IMG/VR virus record: IMGVR_UViG_3300043403_000045
Location: 1 to 62,698 of that record
Length of the DNA stretch: 62,698 nt
Strand: one strand, 5' to 3'
Source: a virus
Lineage: Duplodnaviria > Caudoviricetes
Part shown: piece after piece, positions 1-9,320 of the stretch
How positions within the stretch are numbered: the stretch's first letter is position 1
How the letters are laid out: the number at the start of each line of letters is the position of its first letter
Program-made: the position numbers and the translations under genes
Notes under the pieces: generated by a model
What the model was told of the DNA's origin: nothing
What the model saw: only the letters and a program-made list of their open reading frames with translations
Databases searched by the model: none

Positions 1-127
1 TGAATGACTGAATTTTGTTCCGCAATAGCGTTTGCGGTAGTTACGCTACAAGAAGCGAGAGCCATATTTATGTTCTCAGCCCGCGAAGTTTATAGAATTG
101 TAGTAAGACGTGGAGCAACCTTGCGTG
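1..127. repeat. 127-bp direct terminal repeat, copy 1 (circularisation overlap)
   Basis: Bases 1-127 are identical to 62572-62698. The length matches a common assembler k-mer, and the repeat spans the capsid gene start. Confidence 0.95.
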
Positions 128-275
128 CTGAGATAATCTCAGGAAGCCAAGTCTTGCTGCAACACGCGGCGAAATGTGCAGTCTATATATTCGCCTTCCC
201 TTGCGTCGGTGACTCTGCCAAGGGCGACACTGCTGGTGTCCTATACGCTTACACCGATATTGCTATCTGCGTAAC
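66..275 (-). ncRNA. Structured 5' leader of the major capsid gene (candidate cis-regulatory RNA)
   Basis: Minus-strand hairpins GACAC-cagca-GTGTC, CCCTTG...CAAGGG, GGCGAA...TTCGCC and CTGAGA-tta-TCTCAG; no credible ORF. Confidence 0.45.
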
Positions 276-281
276 TAAATC

Positions 282-306
282 ATTATATGAAATTTTTGTT
301 TGTCAA
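282..306 (-). promoter_or_regulatory. Candidate promoter for the capsid/structural operon
   Basis: Minus strand reads TTGACA-N13-TATAAT about 220 nt upstream of the capsid ATG (position 65 = 62636). The spacer is atypically short. Confidence 0.45.
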
Positions 307-669
307 TAGGCATTTATCTATTGACGAAAAACACACGTCCATACAGGTTTTACTTGTGGCCTAAACGCGGAGACGTGTCGGGGTGTCCTTCAGCTTCCTC
401 GTTAGATTAACCGCGCAACTTAGTAAACCGTCTAAAACTAGGTGCCACACTATTTTCTGCAAGTAGTTGCAGTTAATCAATAACTAGGATGTTGCGCGCT
501 TTTTATTCAAAATATACAAATTTTATTCTTGCGTTTCATCACACATGAATCATCCTCCAGCCAAGTTCCTTAACCGGAATGGTTCTTTATACTTAACTAT
601 CCTGCTAAACGGTATAACCCGTAGTATTTTGTGGTATCATTATATTCCGTTTAGCAGGATACAATTTTG

Positions 670-937
670 TCCCATGACCCCTTCCTTGGCCGCTTGCGGT
701 TAAAAGGCCTTGGGATTTCTATTCCTAGCGGGTTCATTCATTTCCCTCTAGGTTTTAATAGGGCGTAGGTTAGTGGTTTTTCCTACGCTCTTATTTCTTT
801 TGTGGGAGTGTACGTGGCGTGTCACATAAACCGAGCCAAACACGGCGATAAACAAGCCAACATTAAACGCGAGCCCACAATTACCCTGATCCCGCTAGCA
901 CCCCACCCCTCCGTAAAACGAGGGTTTTTTTATTTTT
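670..937 (+). ncRNA. Candidate structured ncRNA ending in an intrinsic terminator
   Basis: Long-range pairing of CTAGCGGGTTCA (725-736) with TGATCCCGCTAG (887-898) encloses GGGCGTAGG/CCTACGCTC and TGTGGG/CCCACA stems. Confidence 0.4.
906..937 (+). terminator. Rho-independent terminator
   Basis: CCCTC-CGTAAAAC-GAGGG followed by a T-run. Confidence 0.7.
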
Positions 938-1029
938 CGTATTTAATTCAAATAAAGCTTGACGAATACGCGAACACATACATTTCTCCACCTCGCTGAT
1001 TCTCGTAGCCTAAATAATTTTCCTAGCTT

Positions 1030-1312
1030 AACGGCTGGGATAGAAGCCCGGTAAAGTCTACGAGAACGACAGCCGGGCTTCTTAGTTTTCCGAATAGAAG
1101 AACTAAGCGTGTAACCAGCGGCATCCGCGTACGGCGGACCGATATACTGGTGAAGGATTACCCCGATGGTTATGTAAGTAGACGTAGGGGATAGTGCGCA
1201 GCGGGACAACAACCGCTCTCATGGAGCAGGATACGAGAAACATCCAAGGCTGATAGGGCGCTTAAATGGCCGAGGCTCCACGTAGACATACTTGCGGGTA
1301 TGTCTTATTTTG
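1030..1312 (+). ncRNA. Candidate ~280-nt multi-hairpin ncRNA
   Basis: Consecutive stems AGAAGCCCGG/CCGGGCTTCT, CTTAGTT/AACTAAG, ACCAG/CTGGT, AGCGG/CCGCT and TGGAGC/GCTCCA, ending in AGACATAC/GTATGTCT plus TATTTT. TTGACG lies upstream at 959. Confidence 0.4.
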
Positions 1313-1508
1313 TATACCAACGCGGCTCCTGCCTTTATGCGTGTGTTACGAAACAATGAGTCCTATCATGTAGGGCTTATTGTGCCCTCGCTCACCACCT
1401 TTATCGTGTGCTACAAATTGCCTTGCCGTCACCTTAAGTGAAACATTTCTAAAAAAATCTTGGTTTCATGAAACTTTATGGTATGATGCAGGCCAATTAA
1501 AACAACCA

Positions 1509-1742
1509 ATGAACCCAATAGAAAACACAAAGACACAAGAAGTTTTAGCTAACGCAAAACGAGCATTCCAAGCAGCTAGATTGAAGCGAGCTGAAAAAGA
1601 AATAGAGCAGTTATTTGAACAAATGGAAACCAATCAAAATACGATCAATTTCCACAAAAGACAGATAGCTTCGTTTGAAGATGAGATGAGGAAAATAGAA
1701 GATCGATTAAAGGCCTTTGAGGAAGGCAATTGGGACTTCTAA
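1509..1742 (+). CDS. Hypothetical coiled-coil protein
   Basis: ATG at 1509 after an A-rich leader and TGgTATGAT extended -10; heptad-like composition. Confidence 0.7.
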   Translation: MNPIENTKTQEVLANAKRAFQAARLKRAEKEIEQLFEQMETNQNTINFHKRQIASFEDEMRKIEDRLKAFEEGNWDF

Positions 1743-1763
1743 AAAAACTCCAAATTAAAATAT

Positions 1764-2279
1764 GTGAGTGTCAACAAAAACCATCGTTTTTATCAAAATC
1801 CAGAATTGGTATTGATGTACTTAAATGGCAATGCATATAGTTTCGATGAAGTAATTGATATGCTTCCATTAAAAGATTTCTTGGATAAATATATTACTCC
1901 ATATGTTTTATATGATCCAGAGGACATGGATGCAGATATTGATATATGGGATTGTCACTCTAAGGTCCCATATTATTTTAGAGCTACAGTGCCAGTATTA
2001 AACCCTAAGGGGTTTACGGATAGAAAAATGATCGAAGAAGAAAAGCGGGTTCTACAATTGGAATCTATAATAAATAGGCTTTCCATTTTGGTTTACAGAG
2101 AAAGAGTGATTTGGCAAAAATCATTAGGTAGATTTGCCGATGTGCGCGCAATCGCTTGTTATGAATTTCTGTTGGAAGCATTGCGGGATAAGTTAATTAA
2201 AGCTATTTTTGAATTCGAGAAAGCATCAGAAAATGATGATTTAAAAGCACTTACAGCAATAAGCAAAAATAAATCTTGA
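1764..2279 (+). CDS. Hypothetical protein
   Basis: 171-aa ORF in the operon; start uncertain. Confidence 0.6.
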   Translation: MSVNKNHRFYQNPELVLMYLNGNAYSFDEVIDMLPLKDFLDKYITPYVLYDPEDMDADIDIWDCHSKVPYYFRATVPVLNPKGFTDRKMIEEEKRVLQLESIINRLSILVYRERVIWQKSLGRFADVRAIACYEFLLEALRDKLIKAIFEFEKASENDDLKALTAISKNKS

Positions 2280-2325
2280 TTAAGGAAAAGGTTTGTGCAT
2301 TGTTTCTTTTCAGGACGATTTTATC

Positions 2326-2622
2326 ATGAACAAACCTGAAGAATATAAACGCCGTTTTGTCACGGTGGTCTATGAAATAACAGACGATGTTGCGTGGCGC
2401 ACTGGCGGCAACCCGCTGCACTACGAACACCACGGGCTAAAATCCGTATGCGTGTCGGCGGGCGACCTCGCATCGCTCAACGAAGAAATCGAGGCCATCG
2501 TGCAGGGCGGCGAAGAACTCGATGCGGACAAATACGACGAGCTGCACACGAAGCACGTCATGTCTTCTTTTCCGGGCCGCCCTAACAAGGCTGTTATGAC
2601 TTCCCCGCACAAATTAGATTAA
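2326..2622 (+). CDS. Hypothetical protein, GC-rich cassette-like ORF ending in an attI-like element
   Basis: Abrupt rise in GC content; the C-terminus PNKAVMTSPHKLD is encoded by the shared element. Confidence 0.7.
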   Translation: MNKPEEYKRRFVTVVYEITDDVAWRTGGNPLHYEHHGLKSVCVSAGDLASLNEEIEAIVQGGEELDADKYDELHTKHVMSSFPGRPNKAVMTSPHKLD

Positions 2623-2628
2623 CTTATA
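2580..2628 (-). mobile_element. attI-like element, copy 1
   Basis: CCTAACAAGGCTGTTATGACTTCCCCGC is identical (28 bp) to 15332-15359. The minus strand ends ...CATAACAGCCTT-GTTAGGG. Confidence 0.6.
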
Positions 2629-2637
2629 GGACTAAAA

Positions 2638-3012
2638 ATGAAAAACGTTAAAGCGTTATCCCCCTCTCTTTTAAGAGCACTTGTGCCTACTCAAGATATA
2701 AAGGCAATATATGGAAAACCTAAATCCATAAAGCTATATACTTGCAACGGGAGCCCTGTTACGACGTTTACATTTTATGATATAGATGAACGATCAGGCG
2801 TTCAAGCTACACTTTGGTATCCAAGCTTAGGTCTTAGTAAGTATGAAGGACAAGAAATAGTTTTCTATGCATCCCAAAGGAGGGGGATTTCAATAGTAAA
2901 AAGTGCTGGTGGGTCTAGTTGGTTGTGGATTACTGAATCTGCCGCTGTATTCCCAAAAGAAATGTTTAAAGATCACATGGCAACCAAGAAAACAGAGGTC
3001 TATTTCACATGA
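2638..3012 (+). CDS. Hypothetical protein
   Basis: 124-aa ORF, ATGA-coupled to the next gene. Confidence 0.7.
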   Translation: MKNVKALSPSLLRALVPTQDIKAIYGKPKSIKLYTCNGSPVTTFTFYDIDERSGVQATLWYPSLGLSKYEGQEIVFYASQRRGISIVKSAGGSSWLWITESAAVFPKEMFKDHMATKKTEVYFT

Positions 3013-3467
3013 GTCATATTACTCGCAACCAACCATTAGATGATATACTCAAGAATCCTGAGCGATATAAGTACACGCAGCTAAGGCAAATTGAAAACAG
3101 AACTTGCAGCCCACAGATTTTAACCGAAGGTGAGCTAAGAGCTAAGGAAATGGGAGTTGCAAAAGCCGCTAGGATATTAGGTATCAGCGAGCAAGTTTTG
3201 CGTTGTCACATTATAGGTAAACGCAATCTAGCCATGTTAGAAAGCAGTCACAATGTCTATAAGTTAACAGAAAAGAAAAACTTCGCTAAATATACAAACG
3301 CTCAAAAGCTAGAGTGCGTTCATCTTGCTTTCCAATTTATGGATGCAGGAAAACAAAGCATGAAAAAATCATTCCTTGCAGCTGGGCAGCGATTAGGCAT
3401 GCATGGTTATTCAGTTATGAAGATGTACCAAGCTGGTTATATTCCATATAAAAGAAATGCGCCATAA
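3009..3467 (+). CDS. Putative helix-turn-helix DNA-binding protein
   Basis: Two HTH-like segments: GVAKAARILGISEQVLR and SFLAAGQRLGMHGYSV. Confidence 0.55.
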   Translation: MSHITRNQPLDDILKNPERYKYTQLRQIENRTCSPQILTEGELRAKEMGVAKAARILGISEQVLRCHIIGKRNLAMLESSHNVYKLTEKKNFAKYTNAQKLECVHLAFQFMDAGKQSMKKSFLAAGQRLGMHGYSVMKMYQAGYIPYKRNAP

Positions 3468-3520
3468 TAAAATAAATAAAGCACCAAAGCTCAAGCTATA
3501 CTACAATCAATGGGATGATG

Positions 3521-3703
3521 TTAAGGAAGCAATTTACTTGGTAATTTATATTTTATTTGCGCTAGGAGTGTTGATTCAGATACTTTACTTAATCTATTAA
3601 GTATCTGTTCTTTAATTGAATTAGGCGTTGCTCGCGCCAATGCAATATGTCGGCGGCAATCATCTGCTGTTAGCGTTGGAAATAGTTGATTTTCAGGAGG
3701 CAT
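3521..3703 (-). CDS. Hypothetical protein
   Basis: 60-aa ORF overlapping the end of the 3693..4061 gene on the same strand. Confidence 0.45.
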   Translation of the reverse strand: MPPENQLFPTLTADDCRRHIALARATPNSIKEQILNRLSKVSESTLLAQIKYKLPSKLLP

Positions 3704-4061
3704 ATCCGCGAATAGCCTTAATTAGTTTTTTATACCAAGGTAGTTTAAGCTCATTGATTTCAAAGTTCATTTCTTTCATTTCAATCAACATATATTTAGT
3801 TATATCCGTGTGAGCTTTTAACTCCGCTTTTAGCTTTATTATTGCATTACTGGCCTCTTTTAGCTCTAGGGATAAATCAGCAACCATATCGGCAAGTAAT
3901 TTAACGGCATCGTAGCTTACATAGTCAGCGCCGCCTGACTGAATTTTAGTTTCAAATTTGACATCCGTAAATCCCGCATTGGATAACGCTTTCGTTATTT
4001 CATTCTTAAGGTCATCTTCATTAATGTTTCCGCTGTCCATGCCGTTAAAGTCCGAGATCAT
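3693..4061 (-). CDS. Hypothetical coiled-coil protein
   Basis: 122-aa ORF with an AT-rich leader and a C-terminal LPWYKKL motif. Confidence 0.65.
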   Translation of the reverse strand: MISDFNGMDSGNINEDDLKNEITKALSNAGFTDVKFETKIQSGGADYVSYDAVKLLADMVADLSLELKEASNAIIKLKAELKAHTDITKYMLIEMKEMNFEINELKLPWYKKLIKAIRGYAS

Positions 4062-4139
4062 AATTTTAATTTTGTTTTTTCTTGAGTTATTTTAAAGCCA
4101 TGCTTTGCTCTGAAAGCAATCTAAATCTTATTTAAATCT

Positions 4140-4409
4140 ATGTGCAAAAAACAGGAATTAATTCACGAGCTATGCAATGCCGCTGTAGCTCTTATTGAAA
4201 AGTATAACAGTGTCATTCAAGATCGCGAATGGGTCGCTATGCAAGCCGTATCTCGTGCAAGCGGGTTTGCGTATCGCGGTCCTTGGATTGCTAAAGAAGT
4301 TCAAGACCTTGCAACTCTAGTTGAAGCGGCTAAAATGTCCGAGAAGAATCAGTGTCATGATAAATCAACAGATACACATTTTGAGGTTAGTGCCAAGGAC
4401 GGAATTTAA
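4140..4409 (+). CDS. Hypothetical protein
   Basis: 89-aa ORF after an AT-rich intergenic region. Confidence 0.6.
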   Translation: MCKKQELIHELCNAAVALIEKYNSVIQDREWVAMQAVSRASGFAYRGPWIAKEVQDLATLVEAAKMSEKNQCHDKSTDTHFEVSAKDGI

Positions 4410-4968
4410 CTCTCGCCGCCCCATCGCTATATGTGAATCGCATATAGCTGATTGGCGGCGTCTCAACCCATCTACCCCCGTTGTTTATCACGGCAATGAG
4501 GCACTAGATGAATTTTTCGACAATCCATTGCTAGGTATAGCACTGTATCGCAATTGGGATATGGCCGCGATTAGTGATCTAATCCGATTCCTGATCTTAC
4601 AGAAGTATGGTGGATTTTATGCCGATTGCGACATTAAGCCAATCGTATCTATCGAGTATATGTTTAACCTGAAATATACCGCGATTCTTGCACAACGATA
4701 TGGCTTCCCTCGAATCACTACGGCACCAGTAGCTTTTTGCGCTAAACACCATGCGATAGATAAGGTATTTGAGAAGCTAAATGCAGAGCTTTTCGAAAAG
4801 GCCCCTACCCCAATTCGCGGCTGGCACTACGAAAATTGTTTATCTAAAAACATTGACGAAACTTTTATGGTCCTACACCCTGATTGCTTCAATGCTAAAA
4901 ATCAATCAAATGCAACGATGGGTATCCATGACTATTCTAGGAATACTTTTAACGGCTATTACAGTTAA
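4357..4968 (+). CDS. Glycosyltransferase, GT32/DXD sugar-binding type
   Basis: SDLIRFLILQKYGGFYADCD matches the SDxxRxxxLxxxGGxYxDxD motif. Confidence 0.8.
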   Translation: MINQQIHILRLVPRTEFNSRRPIAICESHIADWRRLNPSTPVVYHGNEALDEFFDNPLLGIALYRNWDMAAISDLIRFLILQKYGGFYADCDIKPIVSIEYMFNLKYTAILAQRYGFPRITTAPVAFCAKHHAIDKVFEKLNAELFEKAPTPIRGWHYENCLSKNIDETFMVLHPDCFNAKNQSNATMGIHDYSRNTFNGYYS

Positions 4969-5308
4969 GGCAGACATAGATAAAGAAGCATTCCTAAATG
5001 CAATTAAACTAGTTGAATCAGGCGGTTCTGATTTAGCTATTGGTAGAAATGGAGAACGTGGATCTTTCCAGTTTTCAAAAAACACATGGAAGATGCATAG
5101 CAAGCAGAACCATAAGTGCGCACACGATCCTAAGCATTCTTTAATTGTGGCATTTTACCATCTTGAGTGGTTAATCTCGCGTGTTGGAGACGACCCAATA
5201 AAGCTAGCAATTGCATGGAATGGCGGGAGTGGCGCAGTCAGCAAGCCAACGAAGAGACAAAAAGAATATGCACGTAGGGTTCAAAACTTATACGAAACAT
5301 CACTATGA
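4910..5308 (+). CDS. Lysozyme/lytic transglycosylase-like protein with an N-terminal hydrophobic segment
   Basis: AIKLVESGG (catalytic Glu), ERGSFQF, AIAWNGG. Confidence 0.7.
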   Translation: MQRWVSMTILGILLTAITVKADIDKEAFLNAIKLVESGGSDLAIGRNGERGSFQFSKNTWKMHSKQNHKCAHDPKHSLIVAFYHLEWLISRVGDDPIKLAIAWNGGSGAVSKPTKRQKEYARRVQNLYETSL

Positions 5309-5550
5309 ATAATAAAGAGTTAAATGAACTCCTAGAGGATTGCGTAATAATTGATAATCAAGGCAGTAGCGAGACGTTAATGCGTATTGTATTACATTGT
5401 GAGGAGAATGAAGAGCCATACCAAGTTATGGTTCCATGCCGTGCTGCATCAATTACGTCTTGGCAGCACGAACGCTACATATCTCGAAGTGAGGCCAGCC
5501 AACTTATTAAGAATAGCTGGGATTGCTGGAAGAGAATTTACACGAGTTAA
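5305..5550 (+). CDS. Hypothetical protein
   Basis: Translationally coupled on both sides. Confidence 0.65.
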   Translation: MNNKELNELLEDCVIIDNQGSSETLMRIVLHCEENEEPYQVMVPCRAASITSWQHERYISRSEASQLIKNSWDCWKRIYTS

Positions 5551-5816
5551 TGTTGCGCCGCACACCACTTAAAAGAATATCGGATAAGCACAAAGCAGAG
5601 CTTGTGTCTTATCGCAAGTTGCGCGATGACTATTTACGGTTTCATCCCACTTGTGAATTTGTGGGGTGTTTCCGTAAGGCAACCGACATTCATCACAAGG
5701 AAAAGCGTGGAAAGAATCTGAATAACGTCGAAACGTGGTGCGCACTTTGCCGCCCTCATCACGTATACATAGAAAATAATAAATCATGGGCGCGTGCGAA
5801 CGGTTGGTTGAAATAA
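5550..5816 (+). CDS. HNH endonuclease-like protein
   Basis: CEFVGC..ATDIHH...N...ALCRPHH; lies directly upstream of terL. Confidence 0.75.
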   Translation: MLRRTPLKRISDKHKAELVSYRKLRDDYLRFHPTCEFVGCFRKATDIHHKEKRGKNLNNVETWCALCRPHHVYIENNKSWARANGWLK

Positions 5817-5822
5817 CACACA

Positions 5823-7736
5823 ATGACAATCGAACAAATAGCAATTATACACGAAGCTATGGCTGAAGGTGCATGGGTAGAAGCAGCCAATCTTGCGCTA
5901 AAATCAGATGGTATGCCATCTTTAGTTAAGACAGTACATGATGCCAAGCGACTACTAAACCAGTTAAAAATTAACCTGCTGGATTCAGGTGATTATGAAG
6001 GCTATTTAAAATGTTCCGCGCTTATTTGGTCTAAAGATCTTTTCAATCAAGGCCCTGAAAGCGTACACCGAGTATTTAAATCTCTCTACAAAGAGGAGAA
6101 GCTGTTGATTCAGGGCGCATCCTCCGTATCTAAAACATACTCAGCTATTGCCTTTGCTTACTTAGACTGGCTGCGTGATCCTGAGTATACGTCCGTCAAG
6201 CTCACATCTCAGACAGAGAATCATTTGTTGACAAATGTGTGGCCCCACATGCTTGCCCTTCACCGCGCAAACCTCTTATTGCCAGAGGGATTTGATATTC
6301 AGGAAAAGATTGGCGATGGCTGGTTTGGGGTTAAGGGGTTCATGGAATATGGATTTCATGGAATTGCATTTAAGCAATCTGCTGTTTCTACTGGGACTTG
6401 GCGCGGATTTAAGCCGCAACCAAAACGGCCAAAGAATCATCGCCTATATCCGATATACGGAGCTATGACACGTCTGCGTGTAATTATTGATGAAGCAGGT
6501 GAAGTTCCGGCTAATGCTTGGGCATCTACTAACTCGGTGTTGTCCTCTCGTGGCAATGACTTGGTAAAAGTCGTGGCCTGCTATAATCCTGAGTCAACGG
6601 AGCAGGTTGTCGTACAAATGGCCGAGCCCAACGACGGGTGGAACATGGATCAGCTTGAGGCTCTTTACTCTTGGGTGTCCAAGCAAGGCTGGCAAGTTGA
6701 GCGTATTGATGCAGCCAAGACGGAAAACGTCATGAGTCGTAAGCATATCTATAATGGGCTTCAAACGTATGAAGCTTACATGGATTCGATACGTTCAGGC
6801 GGTGATAACTCTGCTCGATATTATTGCTTTGCGCGTGGATTTCCTCCGCTTAAAGATTCGCTTTACACTATCATCCCTCCTGATTGGTTGTCTACCCAGC
6901 GCGGTGAAGCCATTTACGATGATGAGGTCATTTCGGTAGCATCATGGGACTCTGCCCGCATGGGTGGCGACAAGTCTATTCTCACAGTAGGTCGCTGGGG
7001 AGTGGCATCTTCTTGGCGAAATCATAAGGGGCACATAACCAAATTCGAGGACAGGCTTACTCCAGGTAAAAAACGCCCCCGGCATGTCCTCACGATTGAC
7101 CAAGTTTTTGCCCTCAACAAAACCAATGACGATATTCAAGCAGTACAAGAGGTCATGGCGATTTGCAAAGGCATGAATATCCCCCCTGAATGGGTAGCCA
7201 TTGACGCTACTGGTGGTGGTGGCGTGCATTCTATTGCTCGCAAAACATGGGGAGATGTGCTTGGCGTTGCCTTTGGTGAGAAAGCCACAGAGAAAAAGAT
7301 CTTAGCTGATGACATTCATGGGGCATACCATTTCTACGACTTAATCCCGTCTGAGCTTTGGTTTGGATTTAAGCGGTGGCTAGATCCCGTGGTAAGTGCC
7401 GTGCTCATTAACCCAACGGTATCCATGCAGCCATTGTTTACACAATTGACTTCTAGGCGTTTTCAGCGCGTAAGCCAAGGCAGGGTAAGGGTTGAGAATA
7501 AAGACTCGTATAGAGCACGCAATGGCGGTCATTCACCCGATGAGGCAGATACTTTGGTTATGCTTGTTTTTTTGCTTCGTCAACGTGGTGATATATTGCC
7601 GGGATTAATCGAAAGCGGAGCAGAAACAAACGCCAAGAAAAGGCGATTTACGGAACTTGAAATTAAGAGCGATATGCAGCCCGATGATACCCTTGATACG
7701 CCGCAAGCACCAGACATTCCCGATTCTATTGGTTAA
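5823..7736 (+). CDS. terL: Terminase large subunit
   Basis: Walker A-like GASSVSKT, Walker B VIIDEA, coupling motif CYNP, RNase H-like WDSARMGGDKS, AIDATG and HSPDEAD. Confidence 0.85.
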   Translation: MTIEQIAIIHEAMAEGAWVEAANLALKSDGMPSLVKTVHDAKRLLNQLKINLLDSGDYEGYLKCSALIWSKDLFNQGPESVHRVFKSLYKEEKLLIQGASSVSKTYSAIAFAYLDWLRDPEYTSVKLTSQTENHLLTNVWPHMLALHRANLLLPEGFDIQEKIGDGWFGVKGFMEYGFHGIAFKQSAVSTGTWRGFKPQPKRPKNHRLYPIYGAMTRLRVIIDEAGEVPANAWASTNSVLSSRGNDLVKVVACYNPESTEQVVVQMAEPNDGWNMDQLEALYSWVSKQGWQVERIDAAKTENVMSRKHIYNGLQTYEAYMDSIRSGGDNSARYYCFARGFPPLKDSLYTIIPPDWLSTQRGEAIYDDEVISVASWDSARMGGDKSILTVGRWGVASSWRNHKGHITKFEDRLTPGKKRPRHVLTIDQVFALNKTNDDIQAVQEVMAICKGMNIPPEWVAIDATGGGGVHSIARKTWGDVLGVAFGEKATEKKILADDIHGAYHFYDLIPSELWFGFKRWLDPVVSAVLINPTVSMQPLFTQLTSRRFQRVSQGRVRVENKDSYRARNGGHSPDEADTLVMLVFLLRQRGDILPGLIESGAETNAKKRRFTELEIKSDMQPDDTLDTPQAPDIPDSIG

Positions 7737-7834
7737 TTTTTTTCCAAAAAAAACTCGACTGTTTTGAATTTTCCTGAAAGATTTCGACCTGTAATCCAAA
7801 GCACGAAAAAATAAACTAAAAATATACATAAGTT

Positions 7835-8521
7835 ATGCCTATTACACCAACAGTGAAAAACGGTAATTCCAGTGATCCAGTTTCAGCCGGAACTCATCAC
7901 GCCATTTGCTATGGCGTTATTGACGTAGGAACTCATTCATCGACAAATCCAGCTTTTTCTCCAGCAAGAGAAGTAATCTTCCTTTTCGAGTTGCCAAATG
8001 AAAGAGGCAACTATCCAAGCAAAGACGATCCAAACACTAAAATCGATCAACCGCGTGGCCTTTACGCACGGTTTATTAACGTACTATCTAATAAATCCCG
8101 GCTTCGCAAAATGCTTGTTTCTTGGCGTGGGCGTGAGTTTACGGAAGCAGAAATGGCAAAGTTTGACATTTCGGGAGTTATTGGAGCAAACTGCATGGCA
8201 ACCGTAATACATAAAGAAGGCGCTGGCAAAAACGTAGGGAAAACCTACGCTAATGTAGATGCTATTATGGGACTTCCTAAAGGCATGCCCACGCGCAAAT
8301 CAGAAAATCCACGCTCTTATTTTTCATTTGAGGATCAAACAGTCGGAAATGTTGTTATCCCTACGAATATCCCAGAGTGGATTGTGAACCTAATTAAGTC
8401 ATCCTTTGAATATAAGGATCTAATGGATCCTAAGCCCGCACAGACTACAGGCAAACAAATCCCAAGCAACGGACAAGCATTTAATACAGATCAACCAGTA
8501 GATGAAGATGTACCGTTCTAA
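7835..8521 (+). CDS. Putative single-stranded DNA-binding/replication protein
   Basis: Beta-rich N-terminal domain and an SSB-type acidic tail DEDVPF. Confidence 0.65.
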   Translation: MPITPTVKNGNSSDPVSAGTHHAICYGVIDVGTHSSTNPAFSPAREVIFLFELPNERGNYPSKDDPNTKIDQPRGLYARFINVLSNKSRLRKMLVSWRGREFTEAEMAKFDISGVIGANCMATVIHKEGAGKNVGKTYANVDAIMGLPKGMPTRKSENPRSYFSFEDQTVGNVVIPTNIPEWIVNLIKSSFEYKDLMDPKPAQTTGKQIPSNGQAFNTDQPVDEDVPF

Positions 8522-8559
8522 ATAATATAGCGTATTCATAAGAAGCACATATAACTTAC

Positions 8560-8778
8560 ATGTGCTTCTTATATAAATTAAATCACATACTAATGAGCCC
8601 AATAGAATCCGCCAAGTTTTTACGAAAAACAATAGCCGCAAATAAAGTCGCTAAAGAAAAAGCGAAGACGTATTTAACTGCCGTTTTAAATCGGCAACCA
8701 AATGAATTAGAGATTAGGCATCAAATGATGTGCGATATTTATAAGGTGAAGCTCGTAAAAGGTAAAATAACAACATGA
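8560..8778 (+). CDS. Hypothetical protein
   Basis: Small ORF coupled to the next gene; true start may be 8593. Confidence 0.55.
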   Translation: MCFLYKLNHILMSPIESAKFLRKTIAANKVAKEKAKTYLTAVLNRQPNELEIRHQMMCDIYKVKLVKGKITT

Positions 8779-9197
8779 CAAATTCTGAGTCATCCAGAAA
8801 TATATCGTATTTACTAGAAAAACACATGCGGGCAATGGGGATCACACCGTATGAAAAAAAAGTACAGGAAGAAATGTTTTCTCGGCTAAAGCAAGAAGCA
8901 AGAAAGCAAGATGACTTTTTTAAGCGTTATGATAAGCCATCAGCACGGCGTATATTTAAGGACAAGATCATTCAACTACATGAGCAGAAATTAAGCACGC
9001 AAGCCATAGCGGATCAAATGAATGTAACAACAACCATTATCCTCGATGAGCTGCGCAAGGCAGGTTATGTTAGAAGGAAATCTAAAAATGAAAACACTAT
9101 TACTTCCGACACCAGTAATAACACAGATCAACCAACTAAGCTGGCTAACAAAATTAGAGCTAAAGCTAGCCCAAAAAAGAGCCAATCAAGAGATTAG
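8775..9197 (+). CDS. HTH-containing protein
   Basis: LSTQAIADQMNVTTTII. Confidence 0.6.
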   Translation: MTNSESSRNISYLLEKHMRAMGITPYEKKVQEEMFSRLKQEARKQDDFFKRYDKPSARRIFKDKIIQLHEQKLSTQAIADQMNVTTTIILDELRKAGYVRRKSKNENTITSDTSNNTDQPTKLANKIRAKASPKKSQSRD

Positions 9198-9320
9198 TGA
9201 AAGAGAACTTTTGCTATTAAACCAAATAATCAAAAAACAAAATGAACTGTATACAAAGAATTACTAAAATATCAGTAATGCCAGAAAGAGTAAAATTTAT
9301 GCCGAGTGAAATTGCTAAAC

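Noticed and set aside
1-127. Biological direct terminal repeat
   Set aside because: It is exactly 127 bp and cuts across the capsid gene start, which fits an assembly overlap better.
4-309. 101-aa plus-strand ORF
   Set aside because: Antisense to the capsid start and its leader; an edge artefact.
330-1380. tRNA or tmRNA genes
   Set aside because: No cloverleaf with a T-loop GTTCRA and acceptor stem was found by eye.
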